Shown: positions 19,827-31,159, counted from the first letter of the stretch. The stretch is DNA of 64,000 nt from Alphaproteobacteria bacterium (GCA_963555825.3 CAUVXB020000002.1:864001-928000), one strand, 5' to 3'. The notes: generated by a model not told the origin, from the letters alone. Numbers and translations: made by a program.

Positions 19827-20722
19827 CATACCGCAACAGGACACTCCGGCGCTACTTCCGTGGCGACGCCGCCTTCGCCTCACCCGAAGTCTACGAGTTT
19901 CTCGAAGCCGAGGACTTCAGCTACGCCATCCGGCTCCCCGCAAACAAGGTGCTGCAAGGCAGCATCGCCCATCTGCTGAAACGCCCCGTCGGCAGGCCGC
20001 CCAATGATGTTCGCCGGTATCATGCCGGCTTCAGCTATCAGGCCGCGACCTGGGACAAACCCCGCCGCGTCGTCGCCAAGGTCGAGTGGCATCCTGGTGA
20101 GTTGTACCCGCGCGTCGGGTTCATTGTAACCAACCTGAGCCGACCCACCGAGCGGGTCGTCGCATTCTACAATCAGCGCGGCACGGCCGAGCAATGGATC
20201 AAGGAAGGCAAAAACGCCATCAAGTGGACACGCCTGTCGTGCCGCAAGTTCCGTCACAACGCTGTCCGGCTCCAACTCCACGCGCTCGCCTACAATCTCG
20301 GCAACTTCATGCGGACACTCGTGTTGCCCGATGCAGTGGAGCAGTGGTCACTGACCACGCTGCGCGAAAAGCTCGTCAAGATCGGCGCGAAGATCGTCCG
20401 CCACGGTCGCTACATCGTCTTCCAGATGGCCGAGGTCGCTATCCCTCGTGACCTGTTCGCCGACATCCTCCGCCGAATCGATCGGCTCAGAACGACGCCC
20501 CTCCCAACATGACGACACGATCGTCCCTCATGCGTGAAGACGACAGGACCGGGGTGTCCGAGACACGGCCCGACCGGCAATATCGAATGCCACCATGTCC
20601 CATTCACTCTCAATTTCGTGTTGTCGGGCATGATCTTGGTGGCACAACCCATCGGACTTGCCCTTTGAGCGATTTCGAGCCACGCTCAACTTGGCTGAAG
20701 GGTGCCACATGGGAAATCCCGG
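19827..20722 (+). mobile_element. IS1380-family element, 3' part (different isoform from 14974..15958)
   Basis: RGDAAF, YNQRGTAEQWIKEGK, TLREKLVKIGA. Stop at 20512, right end CACATGGGAAATCCCGG. Confidence 0.85.
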
Positions 20723-20819
20723 TTCAGAGGCCGAAACTACGCGCAGACGCTACCGATCGGTGCTCGGCGATATTCCAGACGAACAGTTTCATTTCGACGG
20801 CGCTCTGGAGTGGATAAGG

Positions 20820-21085
20820 GGTCGGTCGTCATAGCTCGGCCGCGGCCGGGCTGGAAGGGGCCGGCAATGACGTTCCCTACAGGATATCGGCGCTCGTCGG
20901 AGGCGTGGCTGGGGGTGCTCTCGTGGAGCGTGATCGGCGGCTGAGTCGCGGAACGTGGCGAGGGTGAGAACCCATCTCATGGGCGCGACGGGCACGCTCG
21001 TCAACGTCAGCCACAACGCCACTTGCCGCCGGCTCTCCCGTGCCCCGATGAACCGGCCCATCATCGCCATGCGAGGCTCGCGCCC
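20820..21085 (+). mobile_element. Degenerate 3' remnant of an ISKra4-like element
   Basis: End CCATGCGAGGCTCGCGCCC resembles IRR CCATGCGAGACTCGCACCC. Upstream LMGATGTLVN resembles LISATDTPAN. Confidence 0.6.
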
Positions 21086-21142
21086 GCTATGTTCCCGTGT
21101 GGATGGGTGAGCCCCACGAGCGATAACCACCGAAAGCACACC

Positions 21143-22033
21143 ATGGGTTCCGTTGCCGACAAAATCGCGAAGAAGATTATCCCGTCCGGCGGGTCGAAGG
21201 TCGTCGATCTGGCGAGCTGGCGGGAGGGCAGGAAGATGGCTCTCGAAGCCGGTTTCGGTGACGACGGCCTGGCCCTCGGCAAGTTCGCGGGCCATGACCC
21301 GTGCCACGCTCTGTACGTTGTGGGGCAGAACGTCGCCTCTCTCATGGCCGAATCCATTTCCGGGATGAGAGAAGCGAAGGGTTACGTCAGGATAGCCGGC
21401 GACGCCGAGAACCAGTACTTGCCGGGCGGGCCGCCGATGAGCCCGTTGACCGTCAGCTATTTCACGATGTGGGCGCTGTTCGACGTCCGGTTCGGGAGCA
21501 GCCGGGAAACCATGGGCAGCTGCATTCTGCGCATCGCGCCCGAGTTCGATTGCCCGTCCTGGCTGATCGACGCCGTTGAGCGGATGCAGCAGTCGAGGAT
21601 GGGCTTTTACGTACATTGCGGCGGCGAGGGCGAGGGGGTTCTGCTGCGCGAGGTCGGTACGCGCGAGATCGCTTCCTGCACGGTTCCGGCCGGCTATACC
21701 GGCTGCGAGGGGCAGATATGGTTCGTGCGCGTGCTGCCGCCGCCCAACCGCCTGTGCCGCCACCATATCGTGTTCAACACGCCCTACGTAATCCGGGACT
21801 ATCCCGAACGCACCTTTGTCGACTATCTGGAGCGCGAGCTCGCGCGGATGAAGGCGAAGAAACTGCCCCGGACGGATGACGCGCACGGCCATCTGATGAA
21901 GTACGGTCCGGATCCCAACCATTGGAACGAATACATCTTCTGCGCTTATTCGGGTCATAAAGATGAGGCGATCTTTCTGACCGGTATCCCGGACATCCGG
22001 CAAAGTCTTCCCCATGCCTCGGCTTATCGGTAG
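21143..22033 (+). CDS. Hypothetical protein, 296 aa
   Basis: Long ORF with protein-like composition (aromatic- and Cys-rich), no family recognised. Confidence 0.7.
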   Translation: MGSVADKIAKKIIPSGGSKVVDLASWREGRKMALEAGFGDDGLALGKFAGHDPCHALYVVGQNVASLMAESISGMREAKGYVRIAGDAENQYLPGGPPMSPLTVSYFTMWALFDVRFGSSRETMGSCILRIAPEFDCPSWLIDAVERMQQSRMGFYVHCGGEGEGVLLREVGTREIASCTVPAGYTGCEGQIWFVRVLPPPNRLCRHHIVFNTPYVIRDYPERTFVDYLERELARMKAKKLPRTDDAHGHLMKYGPDPNHWNEYIFCAYSGHKDEAIFLTGIPDIRQSLPHASAYR

Positions 22034-22434
22034 TTCAGCCAAGCTGACACCGGCGTTCGGGGCTGACGCGGGCGGGACCGACCGCCTGCGGGGTGCGCGC
22101 GACGCGGCGCAGATCGCGCCGACGGGCGGCAGCGCGGATCCGGCCGCCCTGCTGGAGGCGGAGGTCGGCTACGGGCGATGACGGCGGCGGCGCGGCGGGC
22201 GCGCGCGTCGGGGACGCGGCCCGGAGCGCCCGTCCCGCTTCGCGGCGGGCGTCGCTCCTCAGGCGCGGGTGAACTTCCACACCACCTTGCCGACGACGTG
22301 GACCTCGTCCGCACGGCACGCATAGGGCGGGTAGTCGGGGTTGGCGCCCCTCCACGGCACGACTGCGGCTTCGTCCGCGCCCACGGGATGGGGATTGCCG
22401 AAATGCCGGAATCGCGCGACGCTGGACATGGACG

Positions 22435-22535
22435 GTGGGCGAGATCAGGCTGCCCGACACGAAGACCGGTCCGAGGACGATCTCCCTGGCGCCGGAAGCG
22501 CTGGCGGTGCTGTCGCGGATTCCCCGCCGGTCCGG
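22435..22535 (+). pseudogene. Short integrase fragment
   Basis: GEIRLPDTKTGPRTISL...LAVL.RIPR, homologous to the segment in 19051..19826. Confidence 0.6.
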
Positions 22536-22576
22536 CCTGGGAGGTCGGCGGCGGCGCGGCCGGGGCCGGCCGGGCC

Positions 22577-22935
22577 GGGGCCCGCTACCTGGAGGACATG
22601 GCGCGCACGGCGGCGGTGACGCTGCTGACGCTGACGCCGGAGAACGCCGCCCCTGTGCGCCGGGCGGCGGCGCGCCTCGCCCATCCCTCGGCGCGCGGCG
22701 CGATCGGCGCCTGGGTCGAGGCCGAGGCTGCCCGCATGGCCGGGCGCGACCTGGCCAGCGCCTTCTATCCCGAAGAGATCGAGGCCGATCCGGAGCGGCT
22801 CAGTGTCGAGATCGCGGGCGAGCTCGTGACCTGGATCGGGCGCGAGGAGGCCTCGCGCGAGCGCCGGCGCTACCGCCTCGTCTTCCGCATCGACGCCGGG
22901 CGCATCGGCCTGCTGCGCTTCGAACAACTGGAGAA
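22577..22935 (+). pseudogene. traE: F-type T4SS TraE fragment
   Basis: YLEDMA.....LLTLTPEN...SAFYPEEIEADP....VEIAGEL.TWIG......Y.L.F....G.I.L..F pattern of TraE. N-terminus missing. Confidence 0.6.
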
Positions 22936-22939
22936 TGCC

Positions 22940-23542
22940 AACTTAGCTCACAGGATACATTCTATGTCGGCACCCTGAAGGGCGTCGGCCGGGTCTATCA
23001 GCAGACCTACATCGATACATACGCCAAGGTCGCCCAGGCCAAACTCTACAAACAAAAACCCCGATCACGGCAGCCGACATGCTCAATGACAAGGTGCTGC
23101 CGTTCTATGAGCAGCACGCGCTGCTGGTGCTGCGTATCCTAACGGATCGGGGAACGGAATATTGCGTGCGCGCCGATCGGCACGATTACCAGCTGTTCCT
23201 GGCCATCAACGACATCGACCACACCAAGACCAAAGTCAAATCGCCCCAGACCAACGGCATCTGCGAACGGTTCCACAAAACCATCTTGCAGGAGTTCTAC
23301 CAGGTGACATTCCGAAAAAAGATCTACGAGACCATCGAGCAACTGCAGAATGATCTGGACGAACGGATCGATCACTACAACAATGAACGCACCCATCAGG
23401 GCAAAATCTGTGAAGGGCGAACCCCCATGCAGACCCTGGAGGAAGGCAAAGCCATCTGGAGGGAAAAGTTCGTAGCCTGAACCTAAACTGACAGACGCCG
23501 CCTCAAATCCGGCACCTGTCAGATCAGGTCTGAATTACTACA
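22940..23542 (+). mobile_element. IS481-family 3' fragment (frameshifted)
   Basis: SQDTFYVG.LKGVGR.YQQT..DTY, LTDRGTEYC, PQTNGICERFHKT, right end ...TACTACA. Confidence 0.85.
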
Positions 23543-23590
23543 TCTAAAGAGTGTCTTAAGTCTCGGTCTGTAGCGCCAAGCGCGAGGCTG

Positions 23591-26500
23591 CTACATGCCC
23601 ATGCTTCGTCCCCGGGATCTTTTGTGGGTCTGGCGTTCTTCTTCCTCGGCCGTTTCGCGCGTTTTGGAGTGGCGCTCAACATAGTCGTCGAATTCCTTTT
23701 GTGCCGCCTTGCGTTCTTCCCCCGTTGCGTTGTACGCGGCTGACTGGAGCCGGCTGAACTCGCGAGCGTCCCTTTGTGCGCGGCGCTGGCTTTCCTCGTG
23801 CGTCTCCTGCGGTGCGGATTGTTCGCTATGGCGCTCCCGTTCGGCGGCCTCCGACATCTGCCTGTCGTCCCTGGCCATCAGTCTGCCGATATCGGTGAGC
23901 GCCCAGCGCATGTGCTCCAGGCCGAGCGGGATGCCGTTGAGATGACTGCCGTAGATAACATGGCCATCCATGATAAGCCGGCCGGTCTCGGCCAGCCTGT
24001 CGATGTCCGTCCGCCACCTGCCGTAGCCGGTGAGACCGGTAACCGGTCTGTTTAAATCGATCGCGACGGTTTCCAGCACCTCGCTACGATATTCCAGCCG
24101 GTCCTTGACCGCAGCGAGATAATCCTCGATTTCACGGCGGGTTTTGGTCCCTTTGTCGAGTTGGGCGAGCACGTTCCCGAGCGACCGGCGTGGGCGGTCT
24201 TCAAGGGCCGGGTTTTCGGCCAACGCTTCCATGCGGGCGCGGAGCTGCTTGTAGCCGCGCACATATATGGCATGGACACCGGCCCGTTCCGCGGCCGTGA
24301 GGTGACGGCTCCAGTCCTGTCGCAATGCTGAATAGGTGTCCCAGGCGACCTGTTCTTCCGTGGGTGCGGACGGTTTGTCCACCGCCGGCGCCACTGCCGG
24401 AGGATCTCTGGCCAAGCTCCGTTCAGTTGGCATGGCAACCGTTTCAATCGGGGGTGTGGCCTGCGTCGGGGTACGTGGCCTGCCATCGCCCGGCTCGGTC
24501 GGTTGAATGCGCCCGGTCGGCACGCCGCCCGCTGTCTCGGAGACTCCGCCCCCGAGCGGCGGCATTCCCTGGCGCATCTCCGGCTCGAGCCCCTGTTGTT
24601 TCGCCTCCCGCTTGATTTGGTGCACATACCGCATCGTGGCCGCGCGCCGGTGGCGGCGCGCGCGGGTATGGAGATCCTCGAAGGCGTCGATATCCCTGCG
24701 CCCGATGCCGCCGCGCTCGGCAAGCAGGAAGGCGAATTCAGCCGGCCGGGCACGGAAGGTATCGGCCTGTTTCAGCAACATGGCATGTCGGGTGAGGGTT
24801 TCCCGAAATGCCCCGCCGAGCGCCACGGCATCGCCTTGCGTGCGGGTCCGTTCGCGGAGTTCGTCGTACGCCGCCAGAACTTGCCTACGGCCGTCTACGA
24901 ACGAAGCCACGGCCTGGGCATAACGCCAGCCTAAGGCGGTGCGCCGGACATCCCGCGCGATGCGAGCCAGCGTGTTGTCGTTCGCTGCGGTCCGGATATC
25001 GCCCACCTCGCCCTGGGTTTCGCCAGGGGATCGACTTCTGTCCTCCCGGACATTCTCCCGGCGGTCCTCCCATATGCCATCGGCCATGTAGTCGAGCGCC
25101 GCCTCCTTCGGTTGCGAGCGCGACCAGCGTTCGGCCAAATACGCCCGGATCTCGGTGTCCGTCACTGCCGCCTCCCGGTCGTTGTCAGCCCGCCGGTCGG
25201 CGATATCGAGAGCGAGCGGCGCGCGATTGACATAGATGTCGAGTCCCTCGCGATGGCGTGTCGCGGCGGGATAGATCGTCTCGCGCGCGGGCCTCGCATC
25301 GGCCAGCAGGAACGTCCAGTCCACGGTCAATCCCTGGGCCGAGGTAATGGTGAGGGCATAACCGTGATCGAGGCGGATATTGCCGTACCAGTCGCGGATC
25401 TCGTCGTGGTGGAACGATACGTGCCGCCCGTCTTCGGTACGTGCCGATATCAGGACACTCGGCTCCGTAGCGGCCTCAGCTCGTTCAACCTTGAAGTCGT
25501 CGACCGTGACCACGGTGCCGTTGAACAGCTGCTTCTCCCAGTGCGTGGCGCCGATGCGCAGCCTGTCGCCACGGGCGATCTCCAGTGGAGAGGTTGTTCG
25601 CTCGTCTTCCGTCCCCCGGCTTACGATCACCGTCACCCGGTCCGTATCGGCCCGTTCTCCATCCGGCAGTGCGGCGAACCGGCGTTCCCGCATCAGGTAC
25701 GACAGCGCCCGCACTTCGGCTCGTGTGCGCGCCAGCACCACGCTGGATTTGTCGGGATGTTCCCGCTGGTAGCGGTCCCAGTCATCGACCAGGCCGGTCA
25801 GCGTCTTTTCTTCGTCGTACCCGATATGGAACCGCCCACGGACGTGGTGGGCCGCAATGGCCGATGCCGCGTCGCCATCACGCAGCGCTTCCGACGCTGC
25901 CACCTGCCACGGTGTGAATACAGGCTTATCCCCCATCGCATCGTACTCAGTAAGAATGCGGGCGCGTTCCTGCTCTCCCATCATCCCCGTGCGGAACCGC
26001 GCAGTCTCCGGATTCTCTCCATGGACATGGACCAGAATATCTTCCAGATCAGCCTTCTGGCGGCGGATTCGGTCAACCCTCACGCTACCCACGGCGTCGC
26101 GCACCAATCTCAACCCCGGTCCCGCTTCCACCGGCTGCTGCTGCTGTGTGTCGCCCGCGAATACGATTTTCGCTCCATGGCGTTCTGAGAGTTGGAGAAT
26201 GTGATGCGCCTGGCGGGTCGACAGCATCCCCGCCTCGTCGACGATGATGGTGGTGTCTCCATCGATCTCGATACCGCCCCGCGCGGCAAGGCGCAGCAGC
26301 TTGTCGACGCAGAACGGCCGCGCATCGACATCGTTACCCAGCGCCACGGCGGTGCGCCATGCCACGGCGGTGGCGATAATGTTGTTCCCGTGGTCGCGGT
26401 AAAGATCGGCGATGGGCCGCAGCGTTGTGGTCTTTCCCGAACCCGCCGCTCCCTCGATGATGGCTACACGCCCGCTCGAAGACGTGACGGCCCGAATCGC

Positions 26501-27853
26501 CTGGATATGTTCTACGCTCAACGGATAACCCGCAGCCAGAAGCCCCGTCACCTTGTTCTCGATTGCCTGGGCAGACAAGGAATGTCCCGTATCGGCGGCC
26601 ATTCCTGCCGCCATGTCACGGACTTCAATCTCCATTTGGAGGTTGTGACGGGTTGAATAGAGCCTCGTATGCGCCATGTCGGCCCGGCCTTCGGCCGACC
26701 GTGGCGCGCGGGTCAGGCGCACGACCTCAGGGCTCAGAAGAACACGCTCTATGCTTGTCGCGACCGCATCGCGGTTCAGGAGCCCGGCGGTGGCATTGCC
26801 GACCCGCTCGACGATATCCGGCAGGCGGAATACCGCTTCCTCGCGCGTAAGTCGGTAGGGCAGGTCTTCCAGGACTGCTGTCAGCGCCCGGATCTGCTCT
26901 TGGGTAATCTCTTCCGACTTACCCAAGAGCGAGACGATCAGCGCCTCGCGTTCGATAAAGCCGTCCGCTTCGCCGCGCCAGCGCGCGTGCCGGATCTCCG
27001 GGTCGTTATCCGGCGACTTGCCGGCCCGTGTGATCTTGTTCGCCGCCGCTGCACGCGGCGCGTTGCCCTCGACCGTAAAGCCCATCTCCCGGGCCGCGTC
27101 GATAATCGCCGCCCGGCGCTTCGACCAGTGTCCGATCAGGTCCTCGGGTATGCCTGCGATGCGCGTGAACTCTCCATCCTTGCCGTACTGTTCCATGCGG
27201 ATGCCGAGGCGTTCTTGCAGGCTCCAGGCGAGCGTATTGCGGTAGACCGCCCCCGCTGCCTTCATCCAGGTGTAGACCGGGTGTTGATGCAGCGCCCGGT
27301 ACTTGCCGTCCCGGTGTGTCCGGGCGGCATTGAAGATCACGCAGTGGGTATGCAGCTGCGGGTCGTTGTCCCGGCTGGTGCCATGCTGGAACATCGCCGC
27401 CGATATATCGGCGGGCAGCACCTCGATATCGCCGTCCCGGTTACGGATACGGGTATAGGCGCAATGCCTCAGCACTGTTTCCTCCAGCGCTCCCCGAGCC
27501 GCATCGTTATGCGCCCGCTCGATCTCCGCACGCAGCTCGGGATCGGCGACCGCCCACAAGGCGGAAACACTCTTGTCCGCGCTGAAGGTCAGGTCGAGAC
27601 CGGCCGAGCGCCGCTCGCTGCCCGCGTTCTGTGTGAGTTTGCCCCCGCCGCTTGGGGCAAAGCCGTTGTACAGCCGGTGGAAGTCGCTGCTGTCGACCTT
27701 GCCGCCGTCGGCAAGACCGAACAGGCCCTTCGGATTGAACCAGACGCCGTCGGGTTCCTCACCCGCCGTGTAGTACTCGTTGGGATGACGGAAAGAGCGC
27801 TGGCTCTCCAGGTAATAAGCGGCCGATGCCGCTTGGGCCAGGGTGGCTACCAT
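23591..27853 (-). CDS. MobF (TrwC/TraI-like) relaxase-helicase, 1420 aa
   Basis: N-terminal YY...YY, DLTFSADKSVS, HGTSR..DPQLHTH, Walker A GAAGSGKT, VDEAGM, HGYALTITSAQG. Confidence 0.93.
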   Translation of the reverse strand: MVATLAQAASAAYYLESQRSFRHPNEYYTAGEEPDGVWFNPKGLFGLADGGKVDSSDFHRLYNGFAPSGGGKLTQNAGSERRSAGLDLTFSADKSVSALWAVADPELRAEIERAHNDAARGALEETVLRHCAYTRIRNRDGDIEVLPADISAAMFQHGTSRDNDPQLHTHCVIFNAARTHRDGKYRALHQHPVYTWMKAAGAVYRNTLAWSLQERLGIRMEQYGKDGEFTRIAGIPEDLIGHWSKRRAAIIDAAREMGFTVEGNAPRAAAANKITRAGKSPDNDPEIRHARWRGEADGFIEREALIVSLLGKSEEITQEQIRALTAVLEDLPYRLTREEAVFRLPDIVERVGNATAGLLNRDAVATSIERVLLSPEVVRLTRAPRSAEGRADMAHTRLYSTRHNLQMEIEVRDMAAGMAADTGHSLSAQAIENKVTGLLAAGYPLSVEHIQAIRAVTSSSGRVAIIEGAAGSGKTTTLRPIADLYRDHGNNIIATAVAWRTAVALGNDVDARPFCVDKLLRLAARGGIEIDGDTTIIVDEAGMLSTRQAHHILQLSERHGAKIVFAGDTQQQQPVEAGPGLRLVRDAVGSVRVDRIRRQKADLEDILVHVHGENPETARFRTGMMGEQERARILTEYDAMGDKPVFTPWQVAASEALRDGDAASAIAAHHVRGRFHIGYDEEKTLTGLVDDWDRYQREHPDKSSVVLARTRAEVRALSYLMRERRFAALPDGERADTDRVTVIVSRGTEDERTTSPLEIARGDRLRIGATHWEKQLFNGTVVTVDDFKVERAEAATEPSVLISARTEDGRHVSFHHDEIRDWYGNIRLDHGYALTITSAQGLTVDWTFLLADARPARETIYPAATRHREGLDIYVNRAPLALDIADRRADNDREAAVTDTEIRAYLAERWSRSQPKEAALDYMADGIWEDRRENVREDRSRSPGETQGEVGDIRTAANDNTLARIARDVRRTALGWRYAQAVASFVDGRRQVLAAYDELRERTRTQGDAVALGGAFRETLTRHAMLLKQADTFRARPAEFAFLLAERGGIGRRDIDAFEDLHTRARRHRRAATMRYVHQIKREAKQQGLEPEMRQGMPPLGGGVSETAGGVPTGRIQPTEPGDGRPRTPTQATPPIETVAMPTERSLARDPPAVAPAVDKPSAPTEEQVAWDTYSALRQDWSRHLTAAERAGVHAIYVRGYKQLRARMEALAENPALEDRPRRSLGNVLAQLDKGTKTRREIEDYLAAVKDRLEYRSEVLETVAIDLNRPVTGLTGYGRWRTDIDRLAETGRLIMDGHVIYGSHLNGIPLGLEHMRWALTDIGRLMARDDRQMSEAAERERHSEQSAPQETHEESQRRAQRDAREFSRLQSAAYNATGEERKAAQKEFDDYVERHSKTRETAEEEERQTHKRSRGRSMGM

Positions 27854-28337
27854 GACGCCAGCTTGGTAACGACGTTACCGGATAGGGATACAACCTGTCC
27901 GGAGTGCAGCTGGATTATGACTGTTGTAGCTCTCATGATTCCAGCCTTAGAAATTCAATTATGTTCAACCTCTTACCGAATCGGTCAGGCGATATTTACA
28001 AATCAGGGCAAACTTTATTACATTTATCGAGATCGAGGCACCAAAGGTGCAGAGGTGTGAGAAGAAAGAATCACCATTTATCTCTCGTTCGCGACCGAGC
28101 ATACGCATATCGTTCGACGTTGCAAGGATTTTTTGACCGTCCACATTGACGGCGCGCAGGTTTGGCAAACGCTGGATTTTCACGCTGTTGCATTCGGGGG
28201 AGGTTAGGCAAGCGGACGGACCATCATGGCTGGTGTTTAGGATTGCCAAGGTTCTCGTTCCTCAGAACGGTGATCGGATAGCCGGCGACCGCATCCGGGC
28301 CTAATTGAGGATTCTGGAAACAGCGGGGAGATGGACG

Positions 28338-28640
28338 ATGCCGGCGAAACGCTTCAACGAAGCGGATATCGACTTCGATGCCATAGACGGGGAGTTGGCG
28401 AAACTTGTGCCGCCTAAGCTGAGCCTGACGGATGTGCTGGACCGTTTGCGGAAGCGATTGGTCGAGCAACAGGCCAAGGGGGTTACGGTGGCTCAGATGC
28501 ATGAAGTGTTGAAATCGGGCGGCATCGATATCACGGAGCACAGTCTGCGGACCTTTCTGGACAAGGGCGTATTGCCGGGAAGGAAGGTTGCCGAGGCCGC
28601 CAGGTCCATGGTGTCGGAAGAAGGCAGTGATCCGTTCTAA
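28338..28640 (+). CDS. Small helical protein divergent from the relaxase (possible relaxosome accessory)
   Basis: GGGGAG RBS, HTH-like GVTVAQMHEVLKSGGIDITEHSLRTFL, position next to the relaxase. Confidence 0.6.
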   Translation: MPAKRFNEADIDFDAIDGELAKLVPPKLSLTDVLDRLRKRLVEQQAKGVTVAQMHEVLKSGGIDITEHSLRTFLDKGVLPGRKVAEAARSMVSEEGSDPF

Positions 28641-29022
28641 GCCGAACGAGGGTGCATGTGAGTTCGCAAAGCAAGCAAGCGGCGTTCGAAGAACGGCGGT
28701 CCGTCGTGGCGGTTTTCGGGATGCGAATAATGAAGTTGCAATGGGGGATGGCCGGGCGCTAGCGTGGCGCTTCAGCGCCCGCGTACGGCGATGGCGCGAA
28801 GCGCCGTGCCGTGAGGCGGCGATGCGATGTTCGAAGAACGAGGAGCCGCGAGCGAGCGTAAGCTCGCACGGTTGGCGGTGGCGCGAAGCGCCCCGCCATG
28901 GACTTCGTCTTTAGCAAACCGGCACAAAAAGGGGGCCGACCTCCGCCGTGTGATGGCGGGGGCCGACCCTGAATGGTGTCGCTACGCGGCGGCGAGAAGG
29001 ACGGGGATTCCGATCTTGCGTG

Positions 29023-29943
29023 TGAGAACGGCAGAGCAATAATCCCCCACTGAAGCGGCCGGTCGATCCGGCTGCGGCGGACCAAAATGGGACCGCGTAT
29101 AGCCTTCTGTCAGGGTTGCTCTGACTGGAAGGCGGGGGGGATGTATCGGGTGGAGTTGTACGCACGGGTTCGGCGGGCGTGTCATGTCGAGGGGATGAGC
29201 ACCCGCGAGGCCTCGCGGGTGTTTGGTGTAGACCGCAAGACGGTCCGTAAGATGCTGTCGTTCTCGGTGCCGCCAGGGTATCGCCGAAGCGCGCCGCCGA
29301 GGCGGCCAAAGCTGGGTCCGTTCACGGGAATCATCGATCGGATCTTGGAAGACGATCGGACCAGCCACCGCAAGCAACGGCACACTGCGAAGCGCATCTT
29401 CGACCGCCTCCGGGACGAGTACGGTTTCACGGGCGGCTACACCATCGTGAAGGACTACGTTCGTGAGCAGGGGCTTCGGTCGCGTGAGGTGTTCGTGCCA
29501 CTCTCCCATTCCCCCGGTCACGCCCAGGCGGACTTCGGCGAAGCGATGGCGGTGATCGGCGGCGCGTTACGGAAGATCCACTTCCTTGCCTTCGACCTTC
29601 CCCACAGTGATGGTTGCTTTGTTGCGGCCTATCCGGCGGAGACGACCGAAGCATTCTGCGATGGCCACAACGCGGCGTTTGCCTTCTTCGGCGGCGTCCC
29701 CCGATCCATCCTGTACGACAACACCAAGCTGGCGGTTGCCCGGATCCTGGGCGATGGGAAGCGGCAGCGAACGCGCGTCTTCACGGAGCTTCAGTCCCAC
29801 TATCTGTTCGAGGACAGGTTCGGCCGGCCGGGCAAGGGCAACGACAAGGGCAAGGTCGAGGGACTGGTCGGCTTCATCCGGCGGAACTTCCTGGTCCCCG
29901 TCCCGCGTGCCGAGAGCTTCGCGGCCCTCAACGATGCTCTCGC
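29023..29943 (+). mobile_element. istA: IS21 copy 2, left end plus truncated istA (ATG 29141)
   Basis: Matches the 9524 element with an uninterrupted left end, cut at 29943. Confidence 0.9.
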
Positions 29944-29984
29944 TGTCAATGGCGGAGCAAAAAGGGACCACCTCGGCGGTGTAA
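29944..29984 (-). mobile_element. Inverted IS21 right-end fragment
   Basis: Reverse complement of 14911-14951. Confidence 0.9.
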
Positions 29985-31159
29985 TACCAGTGAGCCTATG
30001 AAATCACCTTCATGATCCATGGATAGGCGCAGAGGGTTCGCATACGATCCGGTTCTGCGATGAGGTCGATCCATGCTTGGCAACAGGCGTCGATGATGGC
30101 CTCGGTGTCGTCGAGGACGCGGAGCGATAGGAAGCGTTCGCGTAGGTAGAGCCAAACCCGCTCGACGGGGTTGAGTTCGGGACTGTAAGGCGGCAACAGC
30201 GCCAAGGTGACGTTGTCGGGGACGGTGAGGGCGCGCTCGTCGTGCCAACCGGCGCCGTCGCACATCATGACGGCGTGCGCATCCTGGTCCAGGGTATCGG
30301 CGAAGTGTGCGAGAAACAGGTCCATGACCTTGGCGTTGACGCTCGGCATCACCAGGGTGACGTCGTCGCCGGTGTCCGGGCGCACGGCGGAGAAGATGTA
30401 GGCCCACTGGTAGCCGATTTGACGCGTCCCGGGGGCACGCTCGCCCCTGCGCCACCACCGGTGACACACCCGGCCCTTGTTGCCGACGCGCGCTTCATCC
30501 TGAAACCACAGCTGTAGGCGCTTGTCGGGATGCGCCGCGGCGGTCGCCTTCAGGATGTCGCGAAGCCCCCTTTTTTGAAGCGCTCCTGCGCTTCGGCGTC
30601 CCTTCGCGGGTGGCTCGGGCGCGCCTTCTGGCGGGAAAATCCCATCCGCCGTAGAACCCGGGTCATGCTCGAGGGGTGGTAGGTCTTGGCGAAGCGCTCC
30701 TCCAGCCAGCGGCACAGATCGGCCCGGGTCCAGGCGCAAACCCCGTCGCGCTCAGGCTCCGGCCCGGCGATGATGACCGCCGCCAGCGCCGCTTCCTCGT
30801 CTGCCGTCAGCCGCCGCGGCGAGTAGCCCTTTGGACGGTCGTGAAGCCCCTCCAATCCCTTTGCATTGTAACGAACAACCGCGTCGCGAAGCGTTTGGCG
30901 ATCCATCCCCGCAAGCCGCGCGGCATCAGCCCGGGGCATCTCCTCCAAAGCATTCGCGATCCCATAGGCCCGCGCCGCCGCTCGACCGTACGATTCCACG
31001 CGAGCCCAGCGCCGAAGCTCCAAAGGCGTCAAATCATCCCGTATCTTGAGTGCTGATCCCATGACATCCCCCACATCTGGTGGGAGACCATAGAATCACA
31101 ATCCGCCATCATCCGCCATCAATGAATATCCCGAGAGTCAATTCAGGCGCTCACTGGTA
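29985..31159 (-). mobile_element. IS630-family element (TACCAGTGAGC IRs)
   Basis: IRs TACCAGTGAGC / GCTCACTGGTA, flanks TAA and TGA. Confidence 0.88.
29996..31062 (-). CDS. IS630 transposase, two frames with a probable -1 frameshift
   Basis: HTH ORF plus FQDEAR, CDGAGWH, LPPYSPELNPVE. Slippery TTCAAAAAAGGGG near 30567-30579. Confidence 0.85.
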
